In this document: in pieces, positions 50,275 to 61,498 of the stretch
How the letters are laid out: each line of letters begins with the position of its first letter
How positions within the stretch are numbered: the first letter of the stretch is position 1
Source: an uncultured Spirochaetota bacterium
Lineage (GTDB): Bacteria > Spirochaetota > Brevinematia > Brevinematales > JAOACQ01
DNA: 64,000 nt
Reading direction: 5' to 3'
Assembly: GCA_963835575.1 (NCBI GenBank)
Contig: CAWIGG010000002.1
Coordinates: 448,001 to 512,000, forward strand
Program-made: the position numbers and the translations under genes
Notes under the pieces: model-generated
Told to the model about the DNA's origin: nothing
Database searches by the model: none
The model's input: the letters and a program-made list of their open reading frames with translations, nothing else

Positions 50275-51558
50275 GGGCGGTTTGAAAAACCCACGTATCA
50301 TATACAAATAGTATATAAAAACATATAATCATAGTCAAAGAAAACAGAGGTAAGGCTATGACAAAAATTAAGCGGAAAGACCGTAACTTGTTTGAATATC
50401 AGGAGCGGATGGAAAAGCTAAGCGGCGTAAAAACACCGCTGGATAAGCTTAACAGGGTTGTAGACTTTGAGATGTTCCGGCCGCTGTTAACAGAGATTTT
50501 GGCGCCGAAAGAGCAGAAGGCGCCGGGCGGAGCGCCACATTATGACTATGTTTTCATGTTCAAGATACTGATATTCCAGAGGTATTACAATCTTTCCGAT
50601 GAGCAAGCGGAATTTCAGATCAATGACAGGTTATCCGTTCAGCGATATCTTGGGATAACACTTTCGGACAAAGTTCCGGACTACAGTAAAATCTGGGAAT
50701 TCAAGGAAAAACTGATGAAAGCGAAAGCAATAGAGAAACTTTTTAAAATATTCGATGAGAATCTTGAGAATAAAGGTGTGATAGGGAAAGCGGGCGTTAT
50801 GGTAGACGCAAGTTTTGTGGATGTTCCCCGGCAGAGGAACAGCCGCGAAGAAAACAAGAAAATAAAAGAAGGCGAGGTTCCGGAAGATTGGAAAGATAAT
50901 ACGCATAAGCTTTCCCATAAAGACACGGATGCGCGCTGGATGACCAAGAATAAAGAGAGGCATTACGGATACAAAAACCATACAAAGGTTGATGTGAAGT
51001 CAAAACTTATTCGTTCTTATGTCACGACAGATGCGAGCGTTCACGATTCACAGGTAGTTGAACCTCTATTGAATGAGAAAGACAAAGGGAAGCCGTTTTA
51101 CGCGGACAGCGCATATGTTGGCCCAACGGTAGCAGGAATATTAGAAAAATTTGAGATGAAAAACCGGATTCACGAAAAAGGATACAGAAATAAGCCATTG
51201 ACGGAGAAGCAGAAAGAAAAAAATAGAAGAAAGAGCCGCATCCGAGTTCGTGTTGAGCATGTTTTTGGTTTTGTTGAAAATAGTATGAACGGCAGTACAA
51301 TACGATCGATAGGAAAAGAAAGGGCAGAGAGCCAAATCGGGCTGATGAATCTGGTTTATAATTTAGCACGGTATGTTGTGGTAAAAGGTCGAATTGCGTC
51401 TTGTGCGGCTTAAAATACAGAAGATATGGATAATATTGCCCGTGTTTGGCTGAATTTTGGTAATAGAAACAGTTTTTAACCTGTTGGCAGAAATATTTTT
51501 AAAATATTTTCTATTATCAGGGAAGTGTTGATAAATTAGGCGGTTTTTAAAACCGCCC
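50275..51558 (+). mobile_element. IS5 family element
   Basis: IRs GGGCGGTTTGAAAAACC / GGTTTTTAAAACCGCCC (16/17); TSD TAAA. Confidence 0.92.
50358..51413 (+). CDS. IS5 family transposase
   Basis: YNLSD...E.QI.DRLS, VDAS, KD.DARW..K, YGYKNH, ADSAY, RVRVEHVFG. Confidence 0.95.
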   Translation: MTKIKRKDRNLFEYQERMEKLSGVKTPLDKLNRVVDFEMFRPLLTEILAPKEQKAPGGAPHYDYVFMFKILIFQRYYNLSDEQAEFQINDRLSVQRYLGITLSDKVPDYSKIWEFKEKLMKAKAIEKLFKIFDENLENKGVIGKAGVMVDASFVDVPRQRNSREENKKIKEGEVPEDWKDNTHKLSHKDTDARWMTKNKERHYGYKNHTKVDVKSKLIRSYVTTDASVHDSQVVEPLLNEKDKGKPFYADSAYVGPTVAGILEKFEMKNRIHEKGYRNKPLTEKQKEKNRRKSRIRVRVEHVFGFVENSMNGSTIRSIGKERAESQIGLMNLVYNLARYVVVKGRIASCAA

Positions 51559-52210
51559 TAAAGATAATCGTTATATCCTCTGGGTATGCCGATATCAATA
51601 ACTGCTATCATTCCGAAGAAATTGAAAATAGTTTTGCGCTCAAAAATGTAAGATGTATTGCTGATATTTACAAATGGTATTAAAGGCTTCATATTCCGGA
51701 TAAACTCAGAACAATTCGTCTCTTTTCCATATTGTTTAAAGTATTTATCCTCACTTGAATAATAATTAAGCACCTGAAGCGCATTATCAAGACTTCCGTT
51801 TATTAAATCCACACTGCTATAATCATCCGGTAATATATCATATTCAATAGGTCTTCCAGTAATCTTGTTTGTCATTTTAGAATTAGGATTGTAAACATAT
51901 TCTTTTGCTTCTTTGTAGTTGAATCCCTTTGCTGTCAATTTAGTTTTATCAATACTTTTATTCTCAATCCACCCGCTCTTTCCTGAAGAACTGGCAACAA
52001 AAAATCCATCGCCGTTCCCTTTCAGCACACGGAACGTATAGCCAGGTTCAATATAATCGATTTTTGTTTTTTTAACATATATCCCCTGTATATCCTCATT
52101 ATAGGCGTATAGTTCTATCCGCTTATTTTCTTTGAAAACATTATCCTTCTGTTTTAGAAATTCCTCTGGTTTCCATTCGGCCAGGGTGTTGGTACTGACC
52201 CATCCTGACG

Positions 52211-52235
52211 GAGACGCACCACCGTGCGTCTCTAC
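52211..52235. repeat. GTAG-type REP embedded in frame in the SH3-like gene
   Basis: GAGACGCACCACCGTGCGTCTCTAC; encodes VETHGGAS. Confidence 0.85.
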
Positions 52236-52517
52236 GGTGATTTTTGCCCATTCGCCTTTGGTTTCCGTTACGGACACACGGTCGTATTTCATCAACTGGT
52301 CAATGTAACCTTTCACGTTCGTGTCGCCCGGCACGGCCAGGACGGCGGGGGCGTTCGAGTCTGAGGCTGACGGCAGGTCTTTATAAATTGGGACATTATT
52401 TGTAATACAGTACATATCCGTACCGGCGTGCGCCGTTGAAAATGCCGCCGTCAGGAGGAGGAATAGGGGGAGGAATAAGGGTTTATTCATAATCATATCC
52501 TCGTGGTTTATTCCATT

Positions 52518-52545
52518 GTAGAGACGTCCGTTCGGATGTCTCTAC
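52518..52545. repeat. GTAG-type REP downstream of RAYT 2
   Basis: GTAGAGACGTCCGTTCGGATGTCTCTAC. Confidence 0.88.
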
Positions 52546-52548
52546 ACA

Positions 52549-53097
52549 TTATTGATCATCGCCGAACATTTCATCCTTTGCCCAATTCTGGGGGTTATCC
52601 GCAATGTATTTGCGGACCTGATGCAATTCTTTTTCATTACGGATCACACGGTCATGGTAACGGGATTGCCAGATTGTTTCACCTGGTGTATTCCTGGATT
52701 CATTGATCCGTTTCGTCGCCGCGGATTTAAAACCGGCGATAAATGACGATATTGATTTGGGTTTCCGGTTTGCCGCGCCATGTAGAGACGCACGGCCGTG
52801 CGTCTCTACATGCACCGTCGATTCATAATCAACAATTCCGACAACCGCATGAATATGGTTCGGCATAATGATGTTTGAATCACATTCTAATTCTTTGCGT
52901 ATTTTAAATGATTTTAACCATTCATCATGGACAATTTTCCCTATATCCGAAAATACCATTTCCCCTTCCTTAATATCACCAAACAACCATTCCCTGTTTT
53001 TCACGCAAATGGTTATAAAATAATATCCGGGTCCTGAATAATCCCAACCCGGCCGCCTGTTCGATTCAATTCGATATTTATTATTAAATAATGCCAT
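52549..53097 (-). CDS. REP-associated tyrosine transposase (RAYT), paralogue 2
   Basis: Same motifs as 8247..8894 (MPNHIH, WQSRYHD, YI.DNP). Confidence 0.92.
   Translation of the reverse strand: MALFNNKYRIESNRRPGWDYSGPGYYFITICVKNREWLFGDIKEGEMVFSDIGKIVHDEWLKSFKIRKELECDSNIIMPNHIHAVVGIVDYESTVHVETHGRASLHGAANRKPKSISSFIAGFKSAATKRINESRNTPGETIWQSRYHDRVIRNEKELHQVRKYIADNPQNWAKDEMFGDDQ
52782..52809. repeat. GTAG-type REP inside RAYT 2 coding sequence
   Basis: GTAGAGACGCACGGCCGTGCGTCTCTAC. Confidence 0.9.
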
Positions 53098-53109
53098 ATT
53101 TAATTTACA

Positions 53110-53134
53110 GGAGACGCACGCCGTGCGTCTCTAC
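53110..53134. repeat. GTAG-type REP upstream of RAYT 2
   Basis: GGAGACGCACGCCGTGCGTCTCTAC (GTAG on minus strand). Confidence 0.88.
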
Positions 53135-53440
53135 GTTTCTTTTCCCCCGTTTCCGTGTTTGTGGTCTTCGTCCCTCTCCGTGCCCTCCGCAATCTCTGTG
53201 GTTTATTTCTAACGTACTATTATAAAGAGGCATCGAATGCCTGACAATAAACCATCGCCAATTCACCAGACACCCAAAATTTACCCAGTTCCCCGCACCC
53301 TGGTTCCTCTTCGTGCCTTCCCGTCTTGTTAATCCCATTCGCGTTTATTCGCGTGCATTCGCGGGCAACCCTTCGTGGTCCTTGGTGCTCTTGGTGTCTT
53401 TGTGTTTAAAATTTATCTAATCTATTACCATTAGGCAATC

Positions 53441-54673
53441 TTATTTATCCAATAAATCCACTGTCAGATTTTTCAAACCCATCCCCGCCGGATTAAAATC
53501 AAACCGAATCATCTCGGGTGGATTCACCCTGGCCAGCCGGATTTCCTTCAGCATTTCCTTATCGGATGACAGACGCAGTATCTTGTCTTTTCCCGGTTCT
53601 TTCACACGCATAGAGAACATGACCTCCCTTTCGCCGCTCACAAAAGAAGGCAGGACATAGCGGATGCCTCCGCTCCACGTTACTGGTTTTGAGGCTTTGA
53701 CGCTTTTTCCCAGAATATATTCCGCGGCTGCCTTTCCAACCGCTTCCGCTTCCCATGAAACATTGTCCACAAGGTCGTGGACATGGAGCACATTACCGCA
53801 GGCGAAAATTCCCGGTATTGAGGTTTGGCCCGTTTCGTCGACACTGGGGCCGAGCGTGAAGGGATTGATCGCAGCGCCGGCGTTCCTGGAAATCTCGTTT
53901 TCGGGAATAAGCCCGACAGAGAGAAGGACTGTATCGCAGTCAATCTTTTCGGCGCTGCCGGCTATGGGATTCCCGTTTTTACCCAGCCTGGCTATTGTGA
54001 CGGATTGAAGCCTGCCGGTCCCTTCGGTTTTTACGATCGTATGGCCGAGGAGGAGCGGTATATTGAAATCGTCGAGGCACTGCCTCAGATTTCTCGGCAG
54101 GCCCCCGGCAAAGGGAAGCTTTTCGACAACGACCTTTACCTTTGCCCCTTCCAGAGTGAGTCTCCGCGCCATGATAAGACCGATATCGCCTGAGCCGAGG
54201 ATGACGATATTCCTGCCGGGCATGATGTTCTGAAGGTTGATCAGCCTCTGCGCCACGCCGGCCGTATAGATGCCGGCCGGCCTCGAGCCCGGTATCGCCA
54301 GGGCGCCGAAGGCCCTTTCCCGGCAGCCCATTGCGAGGACCACGGCCTCCGCTTTTATTTTTTCCATTCCATGCCGGCTGTATATTGACAGCGTCCTGTC
54401 TTCCGTCAGCTTCATGACGCTCGAGTTCAGAAGCACCGGTATCCCGGTTTTTTTTATTTCACCGCTGTAAAGGCTTGAATATTCCGGTCCTGTTAAAGAT
54501 TTATTGAATTTCAAAAGGCCGAAGCCGTCGTGGATGCACTGGGGCAGGATTCCGCCCAGCCGGCTGTCCCTTTCGATGAGGACGATGTCTTCGATGCCGT
54601 TCTCTTTAAGCGAGAGCGCCGCAGCCATTCCGGCCGGCCCTCCGCCGATAACCGCCGCCTGTTTATAGACCAT
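53441..54673 (-). CDS. NAD(P)/FAD-dependent oxidoreductase
   Basis: GGGPAG, GGIL.QCIH.GFG, GSGDIGLIMARR, GNVLHVHDLVD. Confidence 0.9.
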   Translation of the reverse strand: MVYKQAAVIGGGPAGMAAALSLKENGIEDIVLIERDSRLGGILPQCIHDGFGLLKFNKSLTGPEYSSLYSGEIKKTGIPVLLNSSVMKLTEDRTLSIYSRHGMEKIKAEAVVLAMGCRERAFGALAIPGSRPAGIYTAGVAQRLINLQNIMPGRNIVILGSGDIGLIMARRLTLEGAKVKVVVEKLPFAGGLPRNLRQCLDDFNIPLLLGHTIVKTEGTGRLQSVTIARLGKNGNPIAGSAEKIDCDTVLLSVGLIPENEISRNAGAAINPFTLGPSVDETGQTSIPGIFACGNVLHVHDLVDNVSWEAEAVGKAAAEYILGKSVKASKPVTWSGGIRYVLPSFVSGEREVMFSMRVKEPGKDKILRLSSDKEMLKEIRLARVNPPEMIRFDFNPAGMGLKNLTVDLLDK

Positions 54674-54674
54674 A

Positions 54675-56135
54675 TTACTTGACCCTCCCCGTGAAGAGAT
54701 GAGAGCCTTTGCCTGCGAAGCTCATTTTGCCGGGAGGGATGCCGTACCTGTTTTCCAGGAGAGAGACAATTCTTGTGGTGCAGAAGCCGCCCTGACAGCG
54801 GCCGGTTGTGGCGCGGGTCCGGTTTTTTATGGACTTGAGTGTTGTGGCTCCGAACGGGTTTTCCAGGGCGGACAAGATATCCCGTTTTGTGACATGCTCG
54901 CATCGGCAGATCACTTCCCCCGAATCCGGATCTTCTTTAATTAAACGGGACTGTTCTTCCTCATTCATGGAAGATAAGGGTCTTCTCAGTTTATGAATAT
55001 GACAGGAAGTTTTCTTTTTGAAAGTTTCTTTCCGTGTCACTAAACCCGCCGTCATTTCGGCGATGGCCGGAGCGCTGGTCAGACCGGGCGATTCTATGCC
55101 GATGAGGTGGAACAGGTTTTCGTTTTTGTCTGATTCTTTTATAACGAAATCGTCAAAGCCGCCCTTTTTCTTTCCAGCCAGTTTCGGCCGCATTCCGGAA
55201 AAGGAGCGGATGACGGCGCTTTTTTCAAGAAGGGGCAGGAGCGATTCTGCCTCTTTCCAGAGCTTTTTCATGACCGGCGACGTTGTGGAGTAGTCCAGGC
55301 GCATTCTGACATATTCGGAGCTCGGGCCGATGAGGATATTGCCGTCGACGGTTGTCGTGAGGTGGACGCCCAGCCCCCCCTCGCCCGGCCTGGGCACGGG
55401 ATAGACAGGTCTTCCCAGAAGGGCGGATGTGTTTTTATCCAGGACAAAGTATTCGCCCCGGCATGGATAAATACGCCAGCCTGTATCGCCGGCAAGGGCG
55501 GCGATTTTATCGGAATTAAGCCCGGCGCAGTTGATGACATATTTTGATTCAAATGAAGGCTTCTTTTCATGATCGACTGAAATTTCATAAAGCCCGCGCC
55601 GTCGTTTGATTTTCGTGACCGGCGATTCAAAGAAAAAGGACGTCCCGTTCAGATGAGCGTTTTCCGCCAGTGCGATCGTGAGCTGTATGGGATTAGTGAC
55701 CGCCGTCCATGGCGAATAAAGCGCCGCTATTCCGGAAACGTTCGGCTCCAGCTCTTTTATTCTTCTGCTGTCGATGATCTCGAGGCCCAGAACCCCGTTT
55801 TTCTCGCCGGCCTCTTTGAGTTTCAAAAGGCCGGGCATATCGCTTTCAGACAGGGCCGTGACGAGCTTGCCTGTTTTTTTATAGAGGACCCCTAGTTCGC
55901 CGCAGAAGCTTTCAAATTTCCTGCAGCTTTCGGTGCAGAGCCCGGCTTTAAGTGTTCCCGGCTCGCAGTTGAAGCCGGCATGCACGACCCCGCTGTTGCG
56001 GGAGCTGGTGGCGTAACCGGCATCGCATTCTTTCTCGAGCACGGCGATGCTGGCTTCATATCTGGAAAGTTCCCCGGCTATGGCGCAGCCTATGACGCCT
56101 GCGCCTATGATGATGATGTCATATTGGTGCGGCAA
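54675..56135 (-). CDS. FAD-dependent oxidoreductase (GlpA/LhgO-like) with C-terminal BFD-like [2Fe-2S] domain
   Basis: GAGVIG, S.RNSGVVHAG, GIESPGLTSAP, CRCE...GRCQGGFC. Confidence 0.9.
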   Translation of the reverse strand: MPHQYDIIIIGAGVIGCAIAGELSRYEASIAVLEKECDAGYATSSRNSGVVHAGFNCEPGTLKAGLCTESCRKFESFCGELGVLYKKTGKLVTALSESDMPGLLKLKEAGEKNGVLGLEIIDSRRIKELEPNVSGIAALYSPWTAVTNPIQLTIALAENAHLNGTSFFFESPVTKIKRRRGLYEISVDHEKKPSFESKYVINCAGLNSDKIAALAGDTGWRIYPCRGEYFVLDKNTSALLGRPVYPVPRPGEGGLGVHLTTTVDGNILIGPSSEYVRMRLDYSTTSPVMKKLWKEAESLLPLLEKSAVIRSFSGMRPKLAGKKKGGFDDFVIKESDKNENLFHLIGIESPGLTSAPAIAEMTAGLVTRKETFKKKTSCHIHKLRRPLSSMNEEEQSRLIKEDPDSGEVICRCEHVTKRDILSALENPFGATTLKSIKNRTRATTGRCQGGFCTTRIVSLLENRYGIPPGKMSFAGKGSHLFTGRVK

Positions 56136-56582
56136 GAGAATATCCTTCAGTAGATTTTATCAGTATTTTACTGAAGGCATCAGGATTAATCAAGAAAGTA
56201 AATATACTATGAATGGTATAAAAGGACAAAGAGGTGCGGATAATCCGCTAATCCACGCGAATGAACGCGAATCAGGTATATTGTGAAACACGAAGAATGA
56301 AAGGCTGATAGGAGTTCTGAGACTTGCTGCAAAATGACAAGAAAAATAATGAATTAGGAATGAATGAAATAAAAAAAATAAGGACATGGGTTATACTTAT
56401 AAACTTTTAGTAAGTTTAAAAAAACATTGGCGTGCCTTAGCGTGGCTTCGCGGAAGCCCAATAAATTAATCAAGAATCGGGAAAAACGGACAGGCATTGA
56501 AAGATAAAAGTTGAAAGTTTGCATGGGTTGGCTTAAAATATTATCTCATTGATGGAAAAGGACAAGAGAAGGAGATGATTAA

Positions 56583-59384
56583 ATGGAAAGATCATACGAT
56601 TTTCTGGCGATCGAAAAAAAATGGAGGGAATACTGGGATAAAGAGAAAACTTTTAAAGTGACCGAGGATGCCGGGTTCCCCGAGGATAAAAGGCTCTATG
56701 TCCTGGATATGTTTCCCTATCCCTCCGGTTCCGGCCTCCACGTCGGCCATCCGGAAGGGTATACCGCGACGGATATCTACACGCGTTTTAAGAAAATGAA
56801 CGGTTTCAATGTTCTCCATCCGATGGGCTTCGACTCCTTCGGCCTTCCGGCGGAGAATTACGCCATCCAGACGGGGAAGCATCCCGCGGAAATAACTTAT
56901 CAAAATATAGACCACTTCAGAGTCCAGATCAAGACTCTGGGTTTCTGCTATGACTGGGACAGGGAAGTCGCGACAAGCGACGCTGAATACTATAAATGGA
57001 CGCAGTGGATTTTCCTCCAGCTCTTTAATAAAGGGCTGGCCTACGAAGCGGAAATGCCGATCAACTGGTGCCCCCAGTGCGGTACGGGCCTGGCCAATGA
57101 GGAAGTCAAGGACGGAAAGTGCGACCGCTGCGGCACTCCTATAGAAAGGAAGAGGATCCGCCAGTGGGTGCTCAAGATCACGGCCTACGCTGAAAGGCTT
57201 TTAAAGGACCTGGATCTTCTCGACTGGAACGAGTCGATTAAGCTGATGCAGGAGAACTGGATCGGAAAAAGCGAGGGCGCGGAAGTCAATTTCAGGGTAG
57301 ACGGGAGCGGCGATCTGATCCGTGTTTATACCACACGGCCGGACACTCTTTTCGGCGCCACATATATGGTCCTCGCGCCGGAACACCCTCTTGTAGAAAA
57401 GATAACGGCGCCGGACGGCGCCGGCGATGTGGAAAAGTATATCGATAAAACAGTCGGCAAATCGGAGCTTCAGAGGACGGAGCTTAATAAGGAAAAAACA
57501 GGCGTCTTTACCGGCGCCTACGCGATAAACCCTGTGAACGGAAATAAAATCCCCATCTGGATCGCGGATTACGTTCTGTGGGGATACGGCACCGGGGCCA
57601 TTATGGCCGTGCCGGCGCATGACGAACGCGACTTTGAGTTCGCGAATAAATTCGACTTGCCGATTATACGGGTCATTCACAAAAAGGATGCCGATTATCT
57701 GAGCTTTATAATGGGGGCCGACTCTATCAGTGAAGATGATTTGAAGAATTCCGGGGCGGAAATACTTGAAAAGAAAAATGGCGGGTTATACTGGGTGAAA
57801 ATCCGGAAGGAAAAACTGGCTGTATTTAAAGATCTTATCCGGAATCTGTTGAAACCGGGTTTCTTTAATGAAATCGTCGGAGAAGAAATATGGTTTTTAT
57901 TTAAAACCAGAGACGGCATCAATAAGGAATATATTTTAAATCTTGAAAATGAGAAGGAAATCAATCAATTGGCCAAGCAGTTTAATAAGGGCATTCCGTC
58001 GCAGAAGACTGTCTGGACATGGCTGGCGCAGAATTCTTTTTATTTCAGCAGTATCATTCACCCTGATTCCGGCGTTATGGAAAATTCAGGTCAGTATGAT
58101 AAAATGGATTCGGAAAAATTCAAGGAAATAATTACAAAATGGCTTGAAGATAAAAAAATAGGCCAGAAGCAGGTTAATTACAAACTGCGCGACTGGGTTT
58201 TCTCGCGCCAGCGCTACTGGGGCGAACCGATTCCCGTCGTCCATTGCGAAAAGGACGGGATCGTTCCGCTTGACGAGAAAGACCTGCCTCTGATCCTGCC
58301 GGACGTCAAGAGCTATAAGCCGACGGGAACGGGCGAATCCCCGCTGGCCGCGATCACGGAGTGGGTGAACACAAAGTGTCCGAAGTGCGGAGGAAAAGCC
58401 AAGCGCGAGACAAACACGATGCCCCAATGGGCTGGAAGCTGCTGGTATTATATCCGGTTTACCGACCCGAATAACGATAAAGCCCCGGCCGAAAGGAAAA
58501 ATATAGATTACTGGCTGCCTGTCGACCTGTACATCGGCGGAGCGGAGCATGCCGTCCTGCACCTTCTGTACGCCCGGTTCTGGCATAAATTTCTCTATGA
58601 TATCGGCGTTGTCAATTCGCCCGAGCCGTTTATGAAGCTCCGGAACCAGGGAATGATTCTCGGCGAGAACGGCGATAAGATGTCGAAATCCAGGGGAAAT
58701 GTGGTGAACCCGGACAACGTTGTTCAGGAATACGGAGCCGACACGCTGAGGATTTATGAAATGTTCCTCGGGCCGCTGGCCGCCGATAAGCCATGGAACA
58801 CCCAGAGCATCATAGGCATCAAGCGCTTCCTGGACAAGGTCTGGCGCCTTTTCGAGAAGCCTCTGGATGAAAAGGCCGCTGTTCCCGATGAGCTGAATAG
58901 GCTGCGGCATAAAACAGTCAAGATCGTGACAGAAAAGATTGATTCCCTCGAATTCAACACAGCCGTCAGCCAGATGATGATTTTCTTGAACGCGCTTCAG
59001 AAGGAAGAGAAACTGAATAAAGATATGATGAGGGATTTTATTAAAATCCTCCATCCCTTTGCGCCTTTTGTAACGGAGGAAATGTGGGAAATGCTGGGTG
59101 AAAAGCCGTCGGTGCTGTTCTCAAAATGGCCGGTATATGATGAAATGCTGATAATAGAAGAAGTATCTGAAGTAGCTATCCAAGAAAATGGAAAGTTAAG
59201 AGGAACGATTCCGATGCCAAAAGATACAACTCAAGAAGATATGATTAATATAGTAAAAAATAATGAAAAAATGCAAAATATTTTTAAGGATAAAAATATC
59301 GTTAAGTATATACCTATACAAGGAAAAGTTGTTAATGTTGTTACGGTAACAAGATCTGTAACGTTTAATGTTGATAAAAAATAG
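56583..59384 (+). CDS. leuS: Leucine--tRNA ligase with a large insertion in the editing region
   Basis: [36 protein letters not shown]. Confidence 0.97.
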   Translation: MERSYDFLAIEKKWREYWDKEKTFKVTEDAGFPEDKRLYVLDMFPYPSGSGLHVGHPEGYTATDIYTRFKKMNGFNVLHPMGFDSFGLPAENYAIQTGKHPAEITYQNIDHFRVQIKTLGFCYDWDREVATSDAEYYKWTQWIFLQLFNKGLAYEAEMPINWCPQCGTGLANEEVKDGKCDRCGTPIERKRIRQWVLKITAYAERLLKDLDLLDWNESIKLMQENWIGKSEGAEVNFRVDGSGDLIRVYTTRPDTLFGATYMVLAPEHPLVEKITAPDGAGDVEKYIDKTVGKSELQRTELNKEKTGVFTGAYAINPVNGNKIPIWIADYVLWGYGTGAIMAVPAHDERDFEFANKFDLPIIRVIHKKDADYLSFIMGADSISEDDLKNSGAEILEKKNGGLYWVKIRKEKLAVFKDLIRNLLKPGFFNEIVGEEIWFLFKTRDGINKEYILNLENEKEINQLAKQFNKGIPSQKTVWTWLAQNSFYFSSIIHPDSGVMENSGQYDKMDSEKFKEIITKWLEDKKIGQKQVNYKLRDWVFSRQRYWGEPIPVVHCEKDGIVPLDEKDLPLILPDVKSYKPTGTGESPLAAITEWVNTKCPKCGGKAKRETNTMPQWAGSCWYYIRFTDPNNDKAPAERKNIDYWLPVDLYIGGAEHAVLHLLYARFWHKFLYDIGVVNSPEPFMKLRNQGMILGENGDKMSKSRGNVVNPDNVVQEYGADTLRIYEMFLGPLAADKPWNTQSIIGIKRFLDKVWRLFEKPLDEKAAVPDELNRLRHKTVKIVTEKIDSLEFNTAVSQMMIFLNALQKEEKLNKDMMRDFIKILHPFAPFVTEEMWEMLGEKPSVLFSKWPVYDEMLIIEEVSEVAIQENGKLRGTIPMPKDTTQEDMINIVKNNEKMQNIFKDKNIVKYIPIQGKVVNVVTVTRSVTFNVDKK

Positions 59385-59663
59385 AAGGTGTTTTAAGTTT
59401 TGGATTTAAATAAAATCAAATTGGAAATTTATATTTTTATTAGCGTGCTTTCGCGTGGCTTCGCGGAAGATTTAAACAGTCATCAGTTATTCTTTGCATA
59501 AATAATGCTCTTCAGCCTGTTAAAAAAATATTTGAAATTTGACTTCTCTTTTATTAAAATGCTATTATAATAATAAAGCTGGAAATAAAAAAAACTGGGT
59601 AAATAATTATAACAATCTTGAGCATTGAAATTAATAAATGAATTTAATTTGGGGAGAGTCGTT

Positions 59664-60584
59664 ATGAATGAAACCAATCATTCCACCCAGCTTTCCCGGC
59701 TTCTGAAAAGCAGCCAGCCGCAGTATATCCTGAACGAAGTCAAAAGGATCTTTCTCTTTTCATATTCCAGCCATTTATTCTCAAGCGTTATGGGTAATTT
59801 TAAACATATTGTCAGTCTTTTTACCGGGAAATTCCCGGGCTATCAGAAATGCAATACCGAATACCATAACCTGGGGCACACACTGGACGCCCTGCTGGCC
59901 GCCGCGCGTTTGATAGACGGCTATAATATTTCGGGCAGTAAAATGGATGAAAATCTCGCGGTTAACCTTTTACTGGCCGCTCTTTTTCATGATACAGGAT
60001 ATATCCAGGAATCATGGGATATGGAAGGGACGGGCGCGAAGTATACTAAAATCCATGTGGAAAGAAGTATGACTTTTATTCAGAAAAACAACGCGCGGCT
60101 GGGGTTAAGCCTAAATGACGCGGAAATCATATCGAAGATCATTTCCTGTACCGGACTGCAGGTGAACTGGAAAGAAATCAGTTTTAAAAACCATGAAGAG
60201 GAGGTCGCCGGGGCAATACTTGGCACAGCCGATCTTCTGGGACAGATGGCGGACCGGTTGTACCTTGAAAAACTTTTATTCCTTTATTATGAATTCAGGG
60301 AAGCGGGAATACAGGGCTATGATACTGAGTATGATATTATAAAGAAAACCGTCGGTTTTTATGAAATAACAATGGATAAGTTTAAAGAAAACCTGATGAA
60401 TGTTTATGAATACGCTCAAGCCCATTTTAAGGAAAGGTTCGGAATTGACAGGAACCTCTATATCGATTCGATTCAGAAGCATATCGCTTATCTGAATAAA
60501 ATCATCGAAGATCATACGACAAATTTCAGAAAGAAGCTTAAACGTAAAAGCGAGTATATTCTTTCTTCCGCCGAGGCGCATTGA
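59664..60584 (+). CDS. HD domain metal-dependent phosphohydrolase
   Basis: YHN..HT, LFHDTGY, H..RS, ADLLGQMAD. Confidence 0.85.
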   Translation: MNETNHSTQLSRLLKSSQPQYILNEVKRIFLFSYSSHLFSSVMGNFKHIVSLFTGKFPGYQKCNTEYHNLGHTLDALLAAARLIDGYNISGSKMDENLAVNLLLAALFHDTGYIQESWDMEGTGAKYTKIHVERSMTFIQKNNARLGLSLNDAEIISKIISCTGLQVNWKEISFKNHEEEVAGAILGTADLLGQMADRLYLEKLLFLYYEFREAGIQGYDTEYDIIKKTVGFYEITMDKFKENLMNVYEYAQAHFKERFGIDRNLYIDSIQKHIAYLNKIIEDHTTNFRKKLKRKSEYILSSAEAH

Positions 60585-60982
60585 TTTAATTCGCCGCAAA
60601 GCGATGCACTGAGCGATAGTCGAAGTGTTCGCAGAGTATTATTATAGTTATTTATAAATATAAGAGTTATATTTTATTTCCTTTGCGTTCGGCGCCTGTC
60701 CCGAGTCCAATCGAGGGACGTCTATGCGGTGAAAAAACGGTATTTTTTGAATCAAATGATTTCAGTAAACAGGGTTTTTAACCCCGCTTTTTTATTAATA
60801 TGCCGGGCCGCCTTTCCCTTTCGGCACATTATCGCTGAAAAGCACTTCATATGGCTTCCAATTTAAAATATCCCCTTATAGTATGTTTTGGCTTTTAATT
60901 TAGTATGTTAAAAAAAATTTGCCGTTTATCATTGTATTGAGTAGCTTTTTTAATATGTTATTTAGTATTAAGGAGGTCATTT

Positions 60983-61375
60983 ATGGCAAAACTCGGCGAT
61001 TATATGAAGACTGAGGATTTCAAAAAAGAGAAGCATGTCCCTGTTATTGAAATCGGTCCGAACGCCGCTGCCGGAACGCCTTTTAATGTTACGGTAACCG
61101 TAGGCAAGGAAATACCGCATCCCAACTCAACAGAGCATTTTATTTCATGGATCAAGCTCTATTTTATGCCGGACGGCGGTAAGTTTATTTATGAAATTGG
61201 AACGAATTATTTCAGCACTCATGGCGCTTCGGCGGACGGACCGAATAAAGGCCCGGTCTATGCGAATTCCATGACGGTTTTTAATGTGAAACTGGATGTT
61301 CCTGGTAAATTAATAGCGGAAAGCTGCTGCAATATCCATGGTTTGTGGGAAAGCAGTCTGGACGTTAAATTTTAG
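60983..61375 (+). CDS. Superoxide reductase (neelaredoxin type, class II SORL)
   Basis: EKHVP, HPN..EH.I.WI, CNIHGLWE. Confidence 0.92.
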   Translation: MAKLGDYMKTEDFKKEKHVPVIEIGPNAAAGTPFNVTVTVGKEIPHPNSTEHFISWIKLYFMPDGGKFIYEIGTNYFSTHGASADGPNKGPVYANSMTVFNVKLDVPGKLIAESCCNIHGLWESSLDVKF

Positions 61376-61498
61376 TATAAGCATTTTATTCACTAAAAAT
61401 TTATCCGGGAAAAATTGCTGTTGACGCTCATATTCAAAAATAAGTTTTTTGTATTATTATGAAAAAGATAGTTTTATGTAATGAAAAAGGAGACGCAT

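Larger units (their letters stand above)
47651..52496 (-). pseudogene. Exported SH3-like domain protein (~595 codons) interrupted by IS5 and IS1182
   Basis: Fragments 52496-51559, 50274-49659 and 47892-47651. Removing IS1182 and its TSD restores the frame exactly; the IS5 junction also needs -1 at an A6 run. Confidence 0.75.

Noticed and set aside
57678..58070. Intein in leuS
   Set aside because: No N-terminal Cys/Ser, no C-terminal His-Asn, no LAGLIDADG motif.
58086..59054. 322-aa minus-strand ORF
   Set aside because: Antisense shadow of leuS.
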